A stretch of 64,000 nt of DNA, from the NCBI GenBank assembly GCA_000002435.2, contig CM018793.1, one strand, 5' to 3'. Positions 29,277 through 41,800 of the stretch are shown here, one piece after another. The DNA comes from Giardia intestinalis (taxonomy: Eukaryota). Both the position numbers and the translations under genes were made by a program. How positions within the stretch are numbered: the first letter of the stretch is position 1; each line of letters starts with the position of its first letter. The notes under the pieces were generated by a model. That model saw only the letters and a list, made by a program, of their open reading frames with translations. It searched no databases and had not been told where the DNA came from.

Positions 29277-31778
29277 ATGAGGGTTCTCATCCTTCTTCTT
29301 CTGCACGGTATTTTCTCAGAGTGCACCCAGGACAGCGACTGCGGGGGTGCGACCGGCGTCTGCAACGTCACGATCGGCGGCAAGAAGTACTGCTCCAAGT
29401 GCGACGGAGCGCGGGTCCCCGTCAACGGAGACTGCAGGCTGCTGAGCCTCTCGCGGGGTATATGCATAGTGCCCACGGGCAGCAACCCCACTCCGGGCTC
29501 CTGCTCGGGCTGCATCCGGGACTTCCTCTTCTACAGGGGCGGGTGCTACCGCACGGCATCCCTGATCAACGCCATATGCAAGGAGAAGCACATCGTCGAG
29601 GAGGGGATGTACTGCGGGGCATGCGCCATCGAGGGCGACGTCCCGATCGACGGGGTGTGCGTGCCGGCTGGGAGTGCTGCGGGGAACACGTGCAGTAAGG
29701 GCGTGTGCACAACATGCACAGGCGGCTACTTCCTCCACTACGGGTCGTGCTACAAGTTTGATAGTTCTCCAGGCAGCATTGTGTGTCCTAATCAATCTGA
29801 CACCACTGGCTCTGTCTGCGGCTCTTGCGGATCGAAGTTCGTCAAGAACCCCAGTGCGAGCTCGTCTGCCACCTCCTGCCTCGCGTGCTACGGGCTGGAC
29901 GGGACTCTCTTCTGCGAGCGCTGCCGGATGAACGTGCTCACGGGCGCAGACGCGAAGCCCACCCTCTGCACGCAGTGCCAAATAGGCTACGTGCCCGTCG
30001 ACGGCCGGTGCCTCTCCAACTACTCCGCCCTGGCCGCGCTCGCCGGGTGCTCCGACCCCCGGGGCAACGGGCTCTGCGACGCGTGCTCCTCCGGCTTCAT
30101 GCTCTTCTACGGGAGCTGCTACTCCGTCGACGGCCCCCTCGCCCAGGCCATCTGCGCGGCCGAGGACCAGATCTACGTCAACGGCCGGGTGCTCTGCAAG
30201 AGGTGCGCCCAGCCCGACCACTACCCCCTGAACGGCGTCTGCATCGGCCAGAGCTCGGACGGGACCGACGGACACACGTGCAGCGGCGGGTCGTGCACGG
30301 CCTGCAGCACCAAGCAGACCGCAGACGGTACCCCCGAGTTCTTCCTGTTCTACAGCGGCTGCTACGACATCACCCACCCCATCGGGAAGTCGATCTGCTC
30401 CGCTGTAGCTGATGGCGCCTGCACAGCATGCGCGTCCTCGGACTCCTCGAGTGTGATAACCATCACTGCAGATGGCCAGTCATCCAAGTGCCTCGCCTGC
30501 TGGGACGACACGGTGGGGGGAGTAGCCAACTGCGGGGGCTGCTCGCTCGCCAGTGATGGCCCCGCCAAGGTTGTGTGCACCAGGTGCTCGGACTCGACGG
30601 AGCCCGGCGAGGACAATACGTGCCCCCGAGCCCTCCCGCCCGCAACGCCTGAAGGGTGCGCCGTCCAGGGCTGCCAGGCGTGCTCGAAGGACTCTGCCAC
30701 GACGTGCGACGCCTGCTTCGAGCCTCTCATCATGAAGGAGGACAAGACGAAGTGCTTCGGGAGCTGCCTGGCGCTGGGCCCGGGCTACTACAACGCCAGC
30801 GGGACCTGTGCGCGCTGCGTGGAGAACTGTCTCTCCTGCGTAGACGGGACCTCGTGCTCCCGGTGCGCAGACGGGTACTACCTCGAGGTGTCCGGCAGCG
30901 ACTCCTCAACGGGGGCGTGCAGGCCGTGTGCCGCCGGGTGCTCCACGTGTAATAACGGCAGCAGCACGGGTTGCACGACGTGTCTCCTCGGATACTACAT
31001 CGCGGCCGAGGGAAAAAGGCAACCTGGGCAGTGCGTGAAGTGTGACTCCGATGGAAACGGTTATGTGGGCGTCCAGCACTGCATTGTCTGCCGCAGCACC
31101 GTGGGGGACGGGGGAGCCAAGAACGTCGTCTGCCAGAAGTGCGAGGACGGGTATCTCAAGGAGACGGACCAGGGCAAGACCGTCTGCGAGGCGCCCCCGC
31201 CCACATGCACCGTGGAGCTGTGCGCTCTGTGCGTGGCCGACGACCCCAATAGATGCGAGCACTGCACGGCCGGCGCGTACCTCTGCCCGCGGACGGCGGC
31301 GTGCACGAAGGACTGCGCCAGCTGCGGCGGCTCGATGTACCCCGACGAGGACCTCGGGGAGTGCCAGCCGTGCGACATTGCGAACTGCCGGGTCTGCGCG
31401 ACGGGGCTCAAGTGCGAGAGCTGCGCGGAGAACGCCGTCCCCATCTCCCCGGACGTCTACCACACGGCGTGCATGGGCTGCAGCGACACCGGGGGCATGG
31501 ACGGCTGGGTGGGCCTCGCGGGGTGCACGACCTGCGAGCTGACCGACAAGGGCGGCGGGAGCGTCAACTGCCTCGACCCTGGCTACTACCGGCGGGGCGG
31601 GCTCGGCGGGGGAGCAATCGCCGCCATCGTCATCGTCGTCCTCCTCGTCCTGGCCGTCGCCGGCTTCCTCGTCTGGTGGTTCGTCTTCAGGAGGGGCGGC
31701 CGGCCCAGACGCGGCGGGACAAAGTACACGTCGCTCATGCGGGGCGAGTCCTACGACTACCGCCAGTCCCTGATATGA
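29277..31778 (+). CDS. High-cysteine membrane protein (HCMP), GC-rich
   Basis: Signal peptide MRVLILLLLHGIFSEC. Many CxxC and GGCY motifs (FLFYRGGCY, FLHYGSCY). C-terminal TM (GGAIAAIVIVVLLVLAVAGFLVWWF) with a basic cytoplasmic tail that is not CRGKA. ATG at 29277 is preceded by attaaaaacttgtatcc. Confidence 0.85.
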   Translation: MRVLILLLLHGIFSECTQDSDCGGATGVCNVTIGGKKYCSKCDGARVPVNGDCRLLSLSRGICIVPTGSNPTPGSCSGCIRDFLFYRGGCYRTASLINAICKEKHIVEEGMYCGACAIEGDVPIDGVCVPAGSAAGNTCSKGVCTTCTGGYFLHYGSCYKFDSSPGSIVCPNQSDTTGSVCGSCGSKFVKNPSASSSATSCLACYGLDGTLFCERCRMNVLTGADAKPTLCTQCQIGYVPVDGRCLSNYSALAALAGCSDPRGNGLCDACSSGFMLFYGSCYSVDGPLAQAICAAEDQIYVNGRVLCKRCAQPDHYPLNGVCIGQSSDGTDGHTCSGGSCTACSTKQTADGTPEFFLFYSGCYDITHPIGKSICSAVADGACTACASSDSSSVITITADGQSSKCLACWDDTVGGVANCGGCSLASDGPAKVVCTRCSDSTEPGEDNTCPRALPPATPEGCAVQGCQACSKDSATTCDACFEPLIMKEDKTKCFGSCLALGPGYYNASGTCARCVENCLSCVDGTSCSRCADGYYLEVSGSDSSTGACRPCAAGCSTCNNGSSTGCTTCLLGYYIAAEGKRQPGQCVKCDSDGNGYVGVQHCIVCRSTVGDGGAKNVVCQKCEDGYLKETDQGKTVCEAPPPTCTVELCALCVADDPNRCEHCTAGAYLCPRTAACTKDCASCGGSMYPDEDLGECQPCDIANCRVCATGLKCESCAENAVPISPDVYHTACMGCSDTGGMDGWVGLAGCTTCELTDKGGGSVNCLDPGYYRRGGLGGGAIAAIVIVVLLVLAVAGFLVWWFVFRRGGRPRRGGTKYTSLMRGESYDYRQSLI

Positions 31779-31809
31779 CCCAGTAAACGGAGCCGTCAGA
31801 GCGGACGGC

Positions 31810-34028
31810 TTGCTCTGCAGCGACTTACAGGGGGCAGGCCAGGCAGCCGTGTCCAGGATGGGCGCGCCCGGCTGTCCCGGCAGAAGGAGGCGCCGGAAGT
31901 GCTCGGAGACGGTGTCCTCCGTGTGCTGCATGCAATCAGGAGGCAAGCACACTCTATTCTACGGCAGCTGCTACACGAGCACACCAGCACGGGACGGAAG
32001 CTTAGGTAGCCCTCTGTGCTCCGACACAGTCGGGTCCGGTGGATACAGGGGCGCCTCTGGTGTCCAAGCCGCGTGTCCCCCGTACGTGGCAAAACGGCAT
32101 CGCCCTGTGTGCTAGGTGCTGCCACACAACAGAGAACAGAAGCGTTTATCCAACCGACCATCATGCCAGCTAAGGGACCCCGTACTTGTGTCAACGGATA
32201 CTCACATCCTGCCACAAGACACGCCGCCCTACAGGTGTGGATGCTAGGGCCGGCACAGCTCGACCGGGCTTGCTATAGGTGCAGAGCAGGCCAGTACGAA
32301 CTGGAGCATGCGACCATCTGCACAGAGTGTGCGAACAACTCCTGCGCCTGGGAGCGGTGCATGCGCCCTTGCTAGGGAGAGCTCGTCCCTCGAAGAGATC
32401 GCTTTGAGCGCACAAAGGACCAACCAAGGGGCGTGCACAGCCTGCTCCAACTCTGTAAAGCCCTTCCTGCTCTACGGCGGCTGCTCCGAGGACAGGCTCT
32501 ACATCTGCTCAAGACCCTGCTCAGAAAGCGGGTCGAATGCTTGCGAACAGTGGAGCAGTGCTTCCGGGTGGATCTTCTCTAAGAATGCGGGAGCAATGGA
32601 GACCGATATCTGTGCGATGACGCTCCAAATGGGGGCATTTCTGGCTGTGCCACGTGTAGGTACAATAACGGTGTGACGTGTACGCGGTGCTCGGCGAGGC
32701 ACCTCGGGGTGGATGGGAAGTCCTGCAGTGAGAGCTGCAGTGGAGACACTCAAGGAGTGTGCACAAAGGTAGCAGAGGGGAGCGAGTCAACTGAAGTGTC
32801 GTGCCGGTGCGTCTGCAGGATGGGCCTCTACAACAGCTCCGGAACCTGCACACCATGTACGGACTCGTGCGCTGTCTGCAAGGATGGCACACTAACCGGC
32901 TGTCAGCAGTGCAGCCCCGGCAAGATCCTGGAGTCGTTAGTCGTTGCAGACGATAATGCAAAGTGTGTAGATGAGTGCGCTGTTGGTGACGACTGTGCAG
33001 AGTGCGGCATCACCATCGATGGCAGCAGGTACTGCACGCGCTGCAAGGACTCGAATATATACCCTCTCAACGGGGTGTGTATTCCGAACACACAAAAAGA
33101 CACGTACTGCACCAGCAAGGCAAATGGTGCTTGTACTACATGCTCAGGAGCGGCCTTCCTGATGAACGGGGGCTGCTACACAACGGAGCACTATCCAGGA
33201 AGCACTATCTGTGACAAACAGGCAGGCGGGAAGTGTGAGAAGACCAAGAAGGAGTACGGGATATCGGACGATGGAAAGCTGCTGGAGTGCGACCCGACAT
33301 GTCTGGGGTGCACCGCCCCTGGCCCCGGCCACTGCACCAGGTGCCCCTCTGACAAGCTCCTGAAGAGGGCCTCAGGTGCCGCCACCGGGAGCTGCATTGA
33401 CCCCAACGCCTGTGTAGACGGGTACTATGCAGACGGAGACGCGTGCCTGCCCTGCGCCACTCCGGGGTGCAAGGCCTGCGGGCATACCTCCTTCTGCACA
33501 GAGTGCGCGGGGGAGCTCTTCGTGAGCCTGGACGGGCGGTCGTGCCTGGGGGAGTGCAGCGGGGACAAGGTGGTGGGAGAGGTGCCCGGCGGCGTACGGA
33601 GGTGCTGGTGCGAGCGGGGCTTCCTGCCGGCGCTGGACAGATCCGAGTGTGTGCTCCCAACCGAGTGTCCCCCTGACATGCCGTTGTGTGCTGCCTGCGA
33701 TACGTCGGGTAAGTGTCTCTCGTGTGCCGCCTCGAATCATAACATCCAGACAGATCAGCGGACGTGTGCAGAGGGGTGCGGCACCAGGGCCTCATCGAAC
33801 CAGGGGGTGTGCATGTGCGAGCTCGACGCGGTTCTCACGAAGGACATCTGTGTCTCAGCCAAGGAGCTGGCCAAGAAGAGAACGGCGGCGATCGCAGGAG
33901 GGACAGTGGCCGGGGTCATTGTGATTGGGAGCTTGGTTGGCTTCCTATGCTGGTGGTTTCTCTACCGGGGCAAGCGAATTGGTGCCTCTTCGAGTACTGT
34001 GGGACTCGTTCAATCCAAGTCTATGTAA
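31810..34028 (+). pseudogene. Fragmented HCMP-like gene: HCMP motifs split over at least four frames; only the last 451-aa ORF (32673-34028, GTG start) is continuous, with TM and tail
   Basis: ORFs 31810-32115 (TLFYGSCY), 32016-32375, 32308-32676 (GACTACSNSVKPFLLYGGC) and 32673-34028 (TM: IAGGTVAGVIVIGSLVGFLCWWFLYRGKR) carry successive HCMP motifs in different frames. This means frameshifts, or errors, within one former gene. No signal peptide is present. Confidence 0.55.
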
Positions 34029-34586
34029 CGCTCCCAAGAACTTGTTGATATACGTGTCTATGATAGGGCTATCCCCATATTGTGCTGAGCACCGTTCTCG
34101 GTGTCCTTCTACAGTGAACAACTTGATCTGCGTCCACGCTGTCTTGCTGTGGTGCTCTGTGTGGTACTTGTCAGTTGTGAATTCTCTGAGACTAGGATTG
34201 CTCTGCCTTAATGATCGTTCTTTGGATACTTGTCTGCTACTAGTCTATTCAGTGATCAAACCTCTTTCGATCCCTCTCTATGCTGAGCAGTCCTGGATTT
34301 GAACAAGGTAGTAGTTTAATTCATCTATAGACCCATCTGCAATGCCATAGATGGTCTGTGGCTACTTCTAAGGTAGAGCTTGTTTGCTGGACAATTCAGT
34401 TTAGGATACAGTGCCTTGCCTTTTGCGTGATCCAAGAAGGCAACCAAGCCACAGAGCGGTAATTCGACATATCGATCACTTCTTTACAGTTTGATATGCT
34501 GTCTGAACCAAGAGTGAACTATTATACCAATCAGATTTACAGAACACTAAGTTCCGATCATCACTGCTAGAAGAGTGGAACAGAAG

Positions 34587-35231
34587 TTAACAAAACTCGG
34601 GCACCTTATAGTTCGGAGAGCAAACGATGCTCCTCATCAACGAATACGGACCCAGGCTAGCTTTAGTAAGATTGCTTGATGTTGGAAGCACAATCTTATT
34701 ACATGCAGCTGCCTCGATGAATGGCACTAAGCATATAGGAAGCTCCATATTCTTCTTGGAAAAGAATGCGGCAAATGCTAGTAAGACAGAGCGAGGAGCT
34801 CTAGCAAGGATGTCGCAAACTCTTTCGTCGATGTCGTAGCCGGACCAGACCTGTGCCCATAAATATCCCTCTGGAATTGGCGTCGCCTGACTGTCTTCTT
34901 CGTCTCCATCCCGGATATCGGCCTCCAGTGCTTTGTGCTGTTCAAGAACCTCTAACTCAAACTGCTTCTTGGCTGTAATAAGTTGGAATAGCTTTTGAGG
35001 TAAAATGGTGTTGATCTTTTCCGTCATGATGGCTCGCTTGAGGTGCACCTCTCGCAAGTCTTTGGGGCTGAGAGACAGATAATCAATGGAGATGTTCTTG
35101 GACAGAGTGCGAAGCTCATCCATCATCTGGCCGTACTCTTCTACCTCTGCATCAACCTCCATGAGATAGGCATAGTTCTTGTAAAATATGCGCATGGAGA
35201 GGTCGCGAAGGCGTGCGTTTCGTGTCGACAT
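34587..35231 (-). CDS. hypothetical protein
   Basis: 214-aa ORF. ATG at 35229-35231 (minus) with AT-rich upstream (aataaattttgaaaaATG). Confidence 0.55.
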   Translation of the reverse strand: MSTRNARLRDLSMRIFYKNYAYLMEVDAEVEEYGQMMDELRTLSKNISIDYLSLSPKDLREVHLKRAIMTEKINTILPQKLFQLITAKKQFELEVLEQHKALEADIRDGDEEDSQATPIPEGYLWAQVWSGYDIDERVCDILARAPRSVLLAFAAFFSKKNMELPICLVPFIEAAACNKIVLPTSSNLTKASLGPYSLMRSIVCSPNYKVPEFC

Positions 35232-35339
35232 TTTTCAAAATTTATTCTTTACATCACCGCGCACAACGCCGAGTCTCTGCCGCTCTCTGTTTGATACATA
35301 GACTATACTGTCCTACCTTGGCATTAGCACAATCTAGCT

Positions 35340-38300
35340 ATGACAACCACTAATCAGCTGCTTGATCGAATCCAGTCTCGTGCAGTTAAGAAAACACTCT
35401 TTTCCGAGATAAGTAAGAGCGAGCATCGTTTAACCACAGCTGCGTCTGCAGCTTACCAGCCGTCCTCATTTATGGACGCCAACGGATACAACTTTAATCC
35501 CTTCAAGAACACGAAAAGCTCTGATCCACCACCCAGTAACTGTTCACTCCCTAGTTTTTCTGCCACGGAATTAGAAGAGAAGGCTGTCAGATCAAAGACA
35601 AAACGCTTACTGAGTAAAGTTGAAGGCCATCTTCTCAAAGCCAAGGCGCGGAGCTTATCTAAGCCGTCTCCTGAAGAGCTCTCAAATACTCTTATGCAGA
35701 CTGTCTCTGATGTACCCATATCTTCTGCTTTGGTGTCAAACTTATGCGGCATTGACATCCCAGTTAGGATAGCAGAAAAGCGTCTTGCGGTCAGTTGTGA
35801 CGAAGGAATTGATCTCAAACCAGCTCTCTACGAACAAGTTAATCAGATACCTGGGAAGGAGGAACAGGGATCCACCACCAGACTCCAGAAGTATATGACT
35901 TACAAATACGATCCTCCCACAGAACTTAGCAGCGGTATTGACTTTATAGACAACAAAGTGCCGTTCTTAGTACATGAGCGACTAAGCACTGCTGCAAGTG
36001 GACGCTCTTGTAACAACATCGGTCATAGTAGCAAGCTTGATAAGCGATCGAGCATGTTAGGGATGGACTTAGCTACAGCAGGGCCAGAAGATCTCCGGGC
36101 ATACTTTTCTCGGTCGTCCAGTCCCAAGATATCTGTTACATCAACAAACACCAATGTTGCCACACCTCGAAAGAGTCCTGGAGATAGCAGCAGTGTAAGA
36201 TCTGCCGGGTCCAAACGGACGCCACTTCGACAAGAACGCTCTCATCTTCGTGACGCTCTTCTTGAGGCACCGAAGCAATTTCTCCCCGAGCAGACTCTTC
36301 AGAATTATGCAGACTATAAGACATCTGTTACTATTAACCAAATGCCCCATTTAGAGCAGGATGTTTTGGATCTCGAAACCACAGTCGAGCGGCGGAAGTT
36401 TGAAAGAGTTTTGCACTCTCCAGCAAAGCTCCAAGAAAAAGTGTTTCAGGTCAATCCGGAGCAAGTGATAGCTGCAGATTCTTGCAGATGTGATTGCCAC
36501 ACGTTGCCGCCGCACCAAATTGAGCTTCTACCCTATCTTCGCTGTCCCATGTGTCTGTGTAAAATACGGTCTGCTATGGAGAACGAACCAGAACCAGGGA
36601 CGACTTCTCTTTATCAGCATCTAAAGAAGGCTGCCAGTATGAAGAATAAGAATATGCCTAGGAATCTTTTGCACAACTCAAAGACTAACGTAGATTCCTT
36701 AGTTTATCGAACAACTGTGTTGCCCCCAGAAGAAGACTCGGCCAGCACTGCCGCACACGACAATTCTACCAAGAGCCTTCTAAATGAACTGAGAGAGGAA
36801 AAAGAAGAAACTGCTCAATTCATAGGAAGTCCGCTTGGTGCCATTAATGTCTCTCCACAAGCAATCTCGCCACGGCTAGCACAACGTTTGATCAACAGGG
36901 GACTTAATAAGGTGACCACACGTAATGAAAAGCTTCTTAGAGCCGCACTACAGCAAGCGATTCTTGCCGATAAGCTTTGGACCGACAGACTCTTGATGGA
37001 CATTTCCCCCGGTATAACCCCACAAGAGATTATAGACATTCTTCAGAAGCGTCGGTATGACCGGGCACCCTCTACTGTTGCAGTACCACTTATTCGAAAG
37101 ACCGCCACGTATCGGAGCAAGGTTGCCAACGATGATCTTGACCACGATGATCTTTTGCTTTCCTCTACTCTTCCACTGATCCAAGACTATGATTTGCAGA
37201 GCAATTCGTTGATAGATAAGGGGCTTGAAGAATCAGAACATGGCACCATCAGAGATGGATTTTATGGTATGGATGAACACACAAACAAGGAATTTGAAGA
37301 CTACACTCCCAATCCAACTGGAGCGCAGCCGCTGCGTCGCGTGAGGCTATCTGTTCCGGAATCAGTTAAGATACAATCACCAGCAGTACTACACATGCGA
37401 GATAGTATAGCTGATCCCACTGTACTTGATTCTCTTGGTGCACAGAAGCTTAAAGAGGCAAGAGCACATGAGGCTAATAAGGCGTTTATACCGAGGAGAC
37501 AAAAGCCTAATGTCTCAAATGCCGAAGCATTGGCGAAGAAAGTGCTGTACTCACGGTCTCGTGAGCAGCGTGCATCTAAGAGCAAAGAGATTATTGCCGA
37601 AATGGCCAGCGCTATCAAAGAAACATCATCCACAGCACGTTCTCGAGGGTCTCTAACAGGCTCATATTACTTACCACCCAGCTCAAGTGTCCGCATGCGT
37701 CCAGAGGAGTTGGCCGAATTCCAAGCCAATGTGACGAATGGATTTAAGGTCCAATCTACTAAGAAGGAGTATGTATTTAGATTTAGTCTTGCGTGTCTTT
37801 CTGTTAACGAGTATATATCCCTTCATTCTGTCAAGTATTTTAAATATAGATCGGTGTGTGGCTCACTAAACCTTTTTGTATATCTTAGCGATACAACACT
37901 ACAAGCTATCACAGAAGCATTTTACTTAGCAAAAAAGGTTGTAGATGTGGTGGTCGCAGGGGTTACCAACACACACGATCACTGCAACTCTCCAGGCCAG
38001 CCGAGCGTTTACAATTTGGCACAGAACAAAGACTTAGACTTAAATGTAGTGAACGGGGAATCTAAATCTGTAACCGATTCCATAGAGTTTACAGCCAAGA
38101 CTCGCTTGTCAAAGGATACATTATTATCTACATCAGGTCATCTCAGCTTTTCGTGCCCCTGCAACGGGCTTTACTATGTAGCACTACATATAGATAACAA
38201 GGACATCATGTATGTGGATGAAAGAGACTACAAGCAACTGATGCTAACGCAGCGGAAGGAAAATGCTCCTACAGCTGTTTTGCACAACCTAATAGAGAGC

Positions 38301-38831
38301 CAGCTGAAACTGTCAGAGGATAGTGGCACAGTGTCAAAGTCTATGCGTAAGCCGCAAGCAATTTTATCCAATAGGCTGTCCCATAGTGACCGTGAGGAAG
38401 AGTCTACAGATGCCATTCCTCCTGTTCCTCCAAATGAACGTGAGCCTTCGCCTCAGCTTATGGAGCACGATCTCGCTCTCAGTGATCAAGACACGTCAGA
38501 ATCTCGGCAGCACGCTGACGCTTCTAACCCACGGGCTGCAATTGCATCGGAATCGGTTTGCAGACGTACCCTAAGAACGGCCACGGACGATCACAAGCGC
38601 GACCTACCAGACGCTGACCAGTCCTTGCAGCATCATAGCGCTGAGGAGATGATGAATGAGACCCTTAGGTCAATTTACGCAGATAGCCGCCTTTCAGTAG
38701 ATATCCAGAGAACGATAGTCCCAGAGGCCTCTAACGGCTATATAGAAAAGGCTCTTCCGGTGAAATCCGTTGTCACGGCAATCCACCGGGCACAGAGCCG
38801 GCTCCGTAAGCTGACTGGCCAAGCGACATAG
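35340..38831 (+). CDS. hypothetical protein, Ser-rich with largely low-complexity sequence
   Basis: 1163-aa ORF, ATG verified. No recognisable domain. Confidence 0.6.
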   Translation: MTTTNQLLDRIQSRAVKKTLFSEISKSEHRLTTAASAAYQPSSFMDANGYNFNPFKNTKSSDPPPSNCSLPSFSATELEEKAVRSKTKRLLSKVEGHLLKAKARSLSKPSPEELSNTLMQTVSDVPISSALVSNLCGIDIPVRIAEKRLAVSCDEGIDLKPALYEQVNQIPGKEEQGSTTRLQKYMTYKYDPPTELSSGIDFIDNKVPFLVHERLSTAASGRSCNNIGHSSKLDKRSSMLGMDLATAGPEDLRAYFSRSSSPKISVTSTNTNVATPRKSPGDSSSVRSAGSKRTPLRQERSHLRDALLEAPKQFLPEQTLQNYADYKTSVTINQMPHLEQDVLDLETTVERRKFERVLHSPAKLQEKVFQVNPEQVIAADSCRCDCHTLPPHQIELLPYLRCPMCLCKIRSAMENEPEPGTTSLYQHLKKAASMKNKNMPRNLLHNSKTNVDSLVYRTTVLPPEEDSASTAAHDNSTKSLLNELREEKEETAQFIGSPLGAINVSPQAISPRLAQRLINRGLNKVTTRNEKLLRAALQQAILADKLWTDRLLMDISPGITPQEIIDILQKRRYDRAPSTVAVPLIRKTATYRSKVANDDLDHDDLLLSSTLPLIQDYDLQSNSLIDKGLEESEHGTIRDGFYGMDEHTNKEFEDYTPNPTGAQPLRRVRLSVPESVKIQSPAVLHMRDSIADPTVLDSLGAQKLKEARAHEANKAFIPRRQKPNVSNAEALAKKVLYSRSREQRASKSKEIIAEMASAIKETSSTARSRGSLTGSYYLPPSSSVRMRPEELAEFQANVTNGFKVQSTKKEYVFRFSLACLSVNEYISLHSVKYFKYRSVCGSLNLFVYLSDTTLQAITEAFYLAKKVVDVVVAGVTNTHDHCNSPGQPSVYNLAQNKDLDLNVVNGESKSVTDSIEFTAKTRLSKDTLLSTSGHLSFSCPCNGLYYVALHIDNKDIMYVDERDYKQLMLTQRKENAPTAVLHNLIESQLKLSEDSGTVSKSMRKPQAILSNRLSHSDREEESTDAIPPVPPNEREPSPQLMEHDLALSDQDTSESRQHADASNPRAAIASESVCRRTLRTATDDHKRDLPDADQSLQHHSAEEMMNETLRSIYADSRLSVDIQRTIVPEASNGYIEKALPVKSVVTAIHRAQSRLRKLTGQAT

Positions 38832-38876
38832 ACCACGGTCATCCAGAAGTAAAATCTTTTGGGTTCAATTTCTGGT

Positions 38877-41800
38877 ATGGAGAACGAAAAACCGGGTCGC
38901 TGTAGGTTTTATCCGTTGACTAGTATTGTCTGGGATACCGACACGGGTATATCTGCCACTACACCTGTAGATGACACTACTTACCCGGAGCTTTTGTTTT
39001 CCTGCACAGGACGCCATCTAGTGATGGGTCCAGCCAATGGGCGTGATTTTTTGTCCGTCTCACTTGATAACCTCGCGCTGGAAGAAAATATTTCCATCAA
39101 AGCGCGCGGAGAGCGTGTGCTGAGCTTTGAAGGCAGAACAGAGGCAGGAATTACTGGAATTCTCGCCGTTCCAAACGGGCACGTCCTTTGCTGGGAGGAA
39201 GATCACGCTCTTCGAGAGTATCACTTAGCCTTTGAATCAGATAATAAGACTGTGCTACTGGCAGAACTTGCCACTGACGTACAGCAACTTTATGCTCTCC
39301 CTCACCCCATATTGCTGACGTTGGACCCACCTGGTGATGACACTGTCTGCAAACCCCAGGAGATGCTTTGCTTGGGCACGTACATCACAGATACGTGTCT
39401 TACAGCTATCATCTTGATCGACAATGCACAACTAGCGTTCTGCAAAATAGCAGCGTTAGATGATTATATTAAGCATGGCACAGCTCCAACACTAACGAGC
39501 TGTGTGACGTCATCTAGACGCTTGGTGTTTGGTGTCTTCCAGTCGCCTGAGACCTTGTTAATAGTAGAGGCTGACGATCTATCTACACCACAAATCTATG
39601 ACGTAAGTCAAGTATTTGATGACAACCTCCTTGACGAAGGCACTAGTTATGCTGATCCAAAAGAAGTCGTTTTATTAGGACTATTTGACGGAAAATTTGC
39701 GATATTAGCATCTTATACCAGCGATTATGATACTGTTGTTGCTATTTATAACATTTTTGATAAAAAGCTAGAGTTTAGTACAGTTGTTAAGCAATATGTT
39801 GTAGGCTGTACCGTGACCCCATACTGCCCTGGTCCTTACGATTTCTTCTTTAATATGCTATTTCTAAACATGAGTGACATTGTTTCCCTAGACTTCTTTT
39901 ATTTTTCGTACGCCGCACGCGACAATTACAATGCAATTCTGGAGAGGCTCGACTCCTATATGAGCAAAGAAGGTCACTCCACAAACCACTTTATTAATGT
40001 ACTGGTTAAATCATGTGAGGAGTTCTTCCAATCTCTCAAGGTTTCTGGTGATTACGCCCACACCTTTATTCCGTTATTGAGTGGCTCTGAACTGTTCGGG
40101 ATGGTTCCCAGTGCACGCTTCTCTAGGGTTCCATGCCTTCCGGAGGTAGATCAGAGTATCTTTTTTTCTCCACAGAACATAGTCCTTAGTACCCCGGTCA
40201 TTTCATCTGCCTCAGCAATCGCAGATAACCCATCCATACCAGGCATCAACCATAAGGAAGACCTTATTAAACAAAAGATTATTACGATGGGCGACACAAT
40301 TGACTGGAGTTATTCAACCAACGCTTGTGAAATTAAGGACAAGATAAAGGAATTGGTCACTAATAGTTGCACTGAGTATAACCTAAGTGTTACGCTTTCA
40401 GAGTTACCTCCATTTCATCTGGATTCGCCTAATTGTGGCTATGATAAAATCTATGCCAATCTGGTGTTTGCTCACCTTGGTGGAACCAATCAAATGACCG
40501 TCTATGTAGAGACAGTTTCTCGCGTGTACATCTCAGACTTTTTACCTCTCTACATACTACAATTTGACATTAGAAATTCCCAGGACGGAAGTAGCTGCAT
40601 CAGTTCCTTAAAAGTTCCTCAGAACGAAGAAACTACTGCTCTGGAAACTGCTACTCTCTTAGATGATACTCTCCTTACTGATTACCCCACTGACATGCTA
40701 GGCCTAGCTATCAGCGATGAACCTCCATTAATGGAGGTCAGTGAAAAGAAACCAAGCAATGCCCATGAGCAGCCACTAATCTGTGCGTCTATCGAGGCGC
40801 ACTCTTCTCCTAAGACAGGCTCAGCTGAGCCGGCACCTTTGCATCAAGGGGAATCAAAGTTCTCTCCTTCGGGATCATTAAAGAACGACTTAAATTATCT
40901 AGAGGCAGAGCTAGATACACAGATTAATAAAAAGATTGATGAAGCCAAAGAAAAGTATGCTCAAGCACTTAGTAGTCTAATAACTGCATATGCTGTTAAA
41001 GGGGAGCTCACCCTATTTCTGGATTCTATCTTACCGGACTACTTTGCTACAAGCCCATCATACTTGTCAGTCATGAAACAACTCAATCAACTTAGAGGAG
41101 TTCATATCATGTTAGAGAGTAGAACTGTCGATGGGTGTTCTCTTAGCACCAACTTCCTCAGAAACCTTTATGCGATGAAGTCGCAAAACGCGTTTCCTTC
41201 CCTCACACCTATGTTTGGAGCGGACTCGCTGACATTTTCTACGGCAATCATAAAGGATATTAACGGATTATTGTGTTATCGTCTGAGCTCTCCGTTGTTA
41301 CCTAGCCATGCTTCTAGCGAGGAGACTACAATAGGTATTCACCACTTTTGCGATGTCATGGACACTGTACTCTCTGCTTATGAGCACCAGCTCGATGTAT
41401 TTCAACTGGGATATAGACTGTATTGGAACATGGACGAGTCACTAAAACTGTTGAACTCCAAAGAGCCTTGCACTGAACACTTTAATAATGCTGCTAGCTC
41501 TTTACCCACATCAACGATACAGCCGGACAGCACGTTATTTGGCACCTCCTCAAGTGGGGTTCGCACTAGCAGGCCTAAAGCTAATACCATTGACTCTCTG
41601 GATCTCAGCAACTATGAAGATGCTTCCCTTGAAGAGCTCACTTTAACTCAGAATAGGGTTTCAAATTCGGGTTTTTCTTCTTTATTTAACAGTATGAACT
41701 ATAAGTCATCCTATACCGGGATAGCACAGTCATACTCTTTAGATAACACAAACCTGCCTCTACGGTTAACCCGGCCTTTGGAAACAACGTATGAAAACGG

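Noticed and set aside
38859-38876. ORF-track starts at 38859 (TTG), 46298, 47820 and 49892
   Set aside because: The ORF caller accepts GTG/TTG and picks the most upstream candidate start. 38859 is TTG with the first ATG at 38877. For 46298, 47820 and 49892 a downstream ATG has the classic AT-rich initiator, an orthology-consistent N-terminus (for the two helicases) and a position clear of the preceding gene.
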